Below are positions 35,739 to 37,230 of a stretch of 37,230 nt of DNA, one piece after another; position 1 is the first letter of the stretch, and every line of letters begins with the position of its first letter. Where the stretch lies: assembly GCF_001194135.2 (NCBI RefSeq), contig NC_068986.1:72513384-72550613 (forward strand), given 5' to 3'. The notes under the pieces are model-generated. The model had not been told where the DNA came from, made no database searches, and saw only the letters and a list, made by a program, of their open reading frames with translations. The translations under genes were made by a program, and so were the position numbers. The stretch is from Octopus bimaculoides. Taxonomy: Eukaryota.

Positions 35739-36013
35739 TATATGTATATATATCTGTGTGTGTGCCTTTTTGTCTGTGTTTGCCCTCCCCCCTCCTACCA
35801 CTTGACAACTGGTGCTGGTGTGTTTACATCCCTGTAACTTAGTGGTTCAGCAAAAGGAAGCAAGAAAATAAGTACCAGGCTTAAAAGAAAAATGTAAGTA
35901 CTGGGGTTGATTCATTTGACTAAAAATTCAAGGCAGAGCCCCAGCATGGCTAGAGTCTAATGACTGAAACAAGTAAAAGAATAAAAGAATATATATAAAC
36001 ATATATATGTATT

Positions 36014-36051
<38 letters not shown>

Positions 36052-36057
36052 CACACA

Positions 36058-36195
36058 TGATGGGCTGCTTTTAGTTTTCATCAACCAAGTCTACTCATAA
36101 TGCTTTGAATCTGCATGAGGCAATAGTAGAAGACATTTGCCCACGACCACATGCTTTGGAAGTAAGCTTCTTAACCACACAGCCAAGTCTGTACC
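36058..36195 (-). mobile_element. 5' half of CORE-type SINE, diverged and internally deleted
   Basis: 'atagtagaagacatttgccc...accacatg...cttaaccacacagcc'. Confidence 0.65.
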
Positions 36196-36849
36196 TTATA
36201 CAAGTGTACATGAAAATACATAAAAGTATATATAAACATTGCATAGAAGTATACATAAAACTTTTATAAAAGTATTTGCATAAAAATTCAATTCTTCTCC
36301 CTCTTTAGTAATTTCAGTTTATGCAGCTTAAATTTTCTTCTTTTATAGTAAATCTTGGTATTTGACATTGTGGTAGTAGAAAACCACATACTAGGTGGAT
36401 GCTAATCAATATATACCCTTTCTATACATTGAACACAGAAGTCATTGGAAACAGTCCAAGAAAAATGCTGTTCATTTCATGAGCTTTATTATACTATGTT
36501 TTGATGAACTCAATTTACAGGGCTTTTTTTTTTCTTTTTTTTTACTCTTGCCAGAATGTTGCAGCTTGTGTTATTGATATCACTACTATCTTCTAACCTT
36601 TAGAGAAGTGTCATTTGTTGTTTCGTTTATGCTGCTTGAGTTTCTGCTTACCACATACTCTAATCAATGATCAATATGTTTCTAATCAAATAATGGTTCA
36701 GATCAAATTGCAAACTTCAATTTCTTTTTTTTTTCAAAACCTTACTCAAGTTATCAAAGGCTGTCTTATGAACAAACCACTATTGTTAGTAATATTAAAT
36801 TAATGATGCTTTGTCAATATGCTATTAAGAATAAGGTTAAGAAATTTTT

Positions 36850-37230
36850 TGTTGTTAAAAGTTTGTTTCCCATCCACATGGTTCTGGGTTCAGTCTCATA
36901 GTGTGACACCTTGGGCAAGTGCCTTCTACAATAGTCCTACACTGATCAAAGCCTTGTGAGTGGATTCCACAGACAAAAACTGAAAAAAGACTGTCGTATA
37001 ATAGTGTAGGTATTATGGAAAAAGCACCCAGTCCATGTTGTTAAGCGGTTGGTGTTAGGAAAGGTGTCCAGCCATAAACATTATACCAAATCAGACATTC
37101 GAGCATGCAGCAGTCCTTGGACACATTGGTTCCTGTCAAACCATCCAACCCATGCCAGCATGGAACAGAGAAATTAAATGATGGTGACGACAATGACGAT
37201 AGCAACAATGATGACGACGATGGTGATATA
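36850..37230 (+). mobile_element. tRNA-CORE SINE with RTE-derived 3' tail (second SINE subtype)
   Basis: The B box and CORE are followed directly by 'aaaagcaccca...ttaggaaagg..ccagcc...ccaacccatgccagcatgg...atgatg'. Confidence 0.75.

Larger units (their letters stand above)
35012..35991 (+). mobile_element. CORE-type SINE split by insertions into its central microsatellite
   Basis: 5' half at 35012-35180 and 3' half at 35755-35991, same orientation and collinear. Confidence 0.75.

Overview
AT-rich, repeat-dense eukaryotic DNA with three N gaps, all beside (TA)n tracts. The SINE families look like the tRNA-derived octopus SINEs (OR/OK type), so an octopus or other cephalopod source is inferred, not proven. 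No intact protein-coding gene, RNA gene or CRISPR array can be supported, and nearly all ORF-track entries are microsatellite or N artefacts. The window is a graveyard of decayed transposons: about 12 tRNA-CORE SINE copies, a Meta-type SINE, several RTE LINE pieces, R4/Dong-like and CR1/L2-like LINE relics, a Helitron fragment, two hAT relics, a full-length but dead DD36E Tc1-like element, and mariner/maT derivatives. I did not find a convincing new biological system. The best leads are: an exact 160-bp local copy of a decayed mariner segment; an in-frame RTE-endonuclease/mariner chimeric ORF; the DD36E element; a PHD finger inside an RTE reverse transcriptase; R4/Dong-like 3' ends in (CATA)n tracts; a CCAAT/TATA/splice-donor module; and two candidate host exons. 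All family calls come from hand translation and recalled motifs, with no database search.
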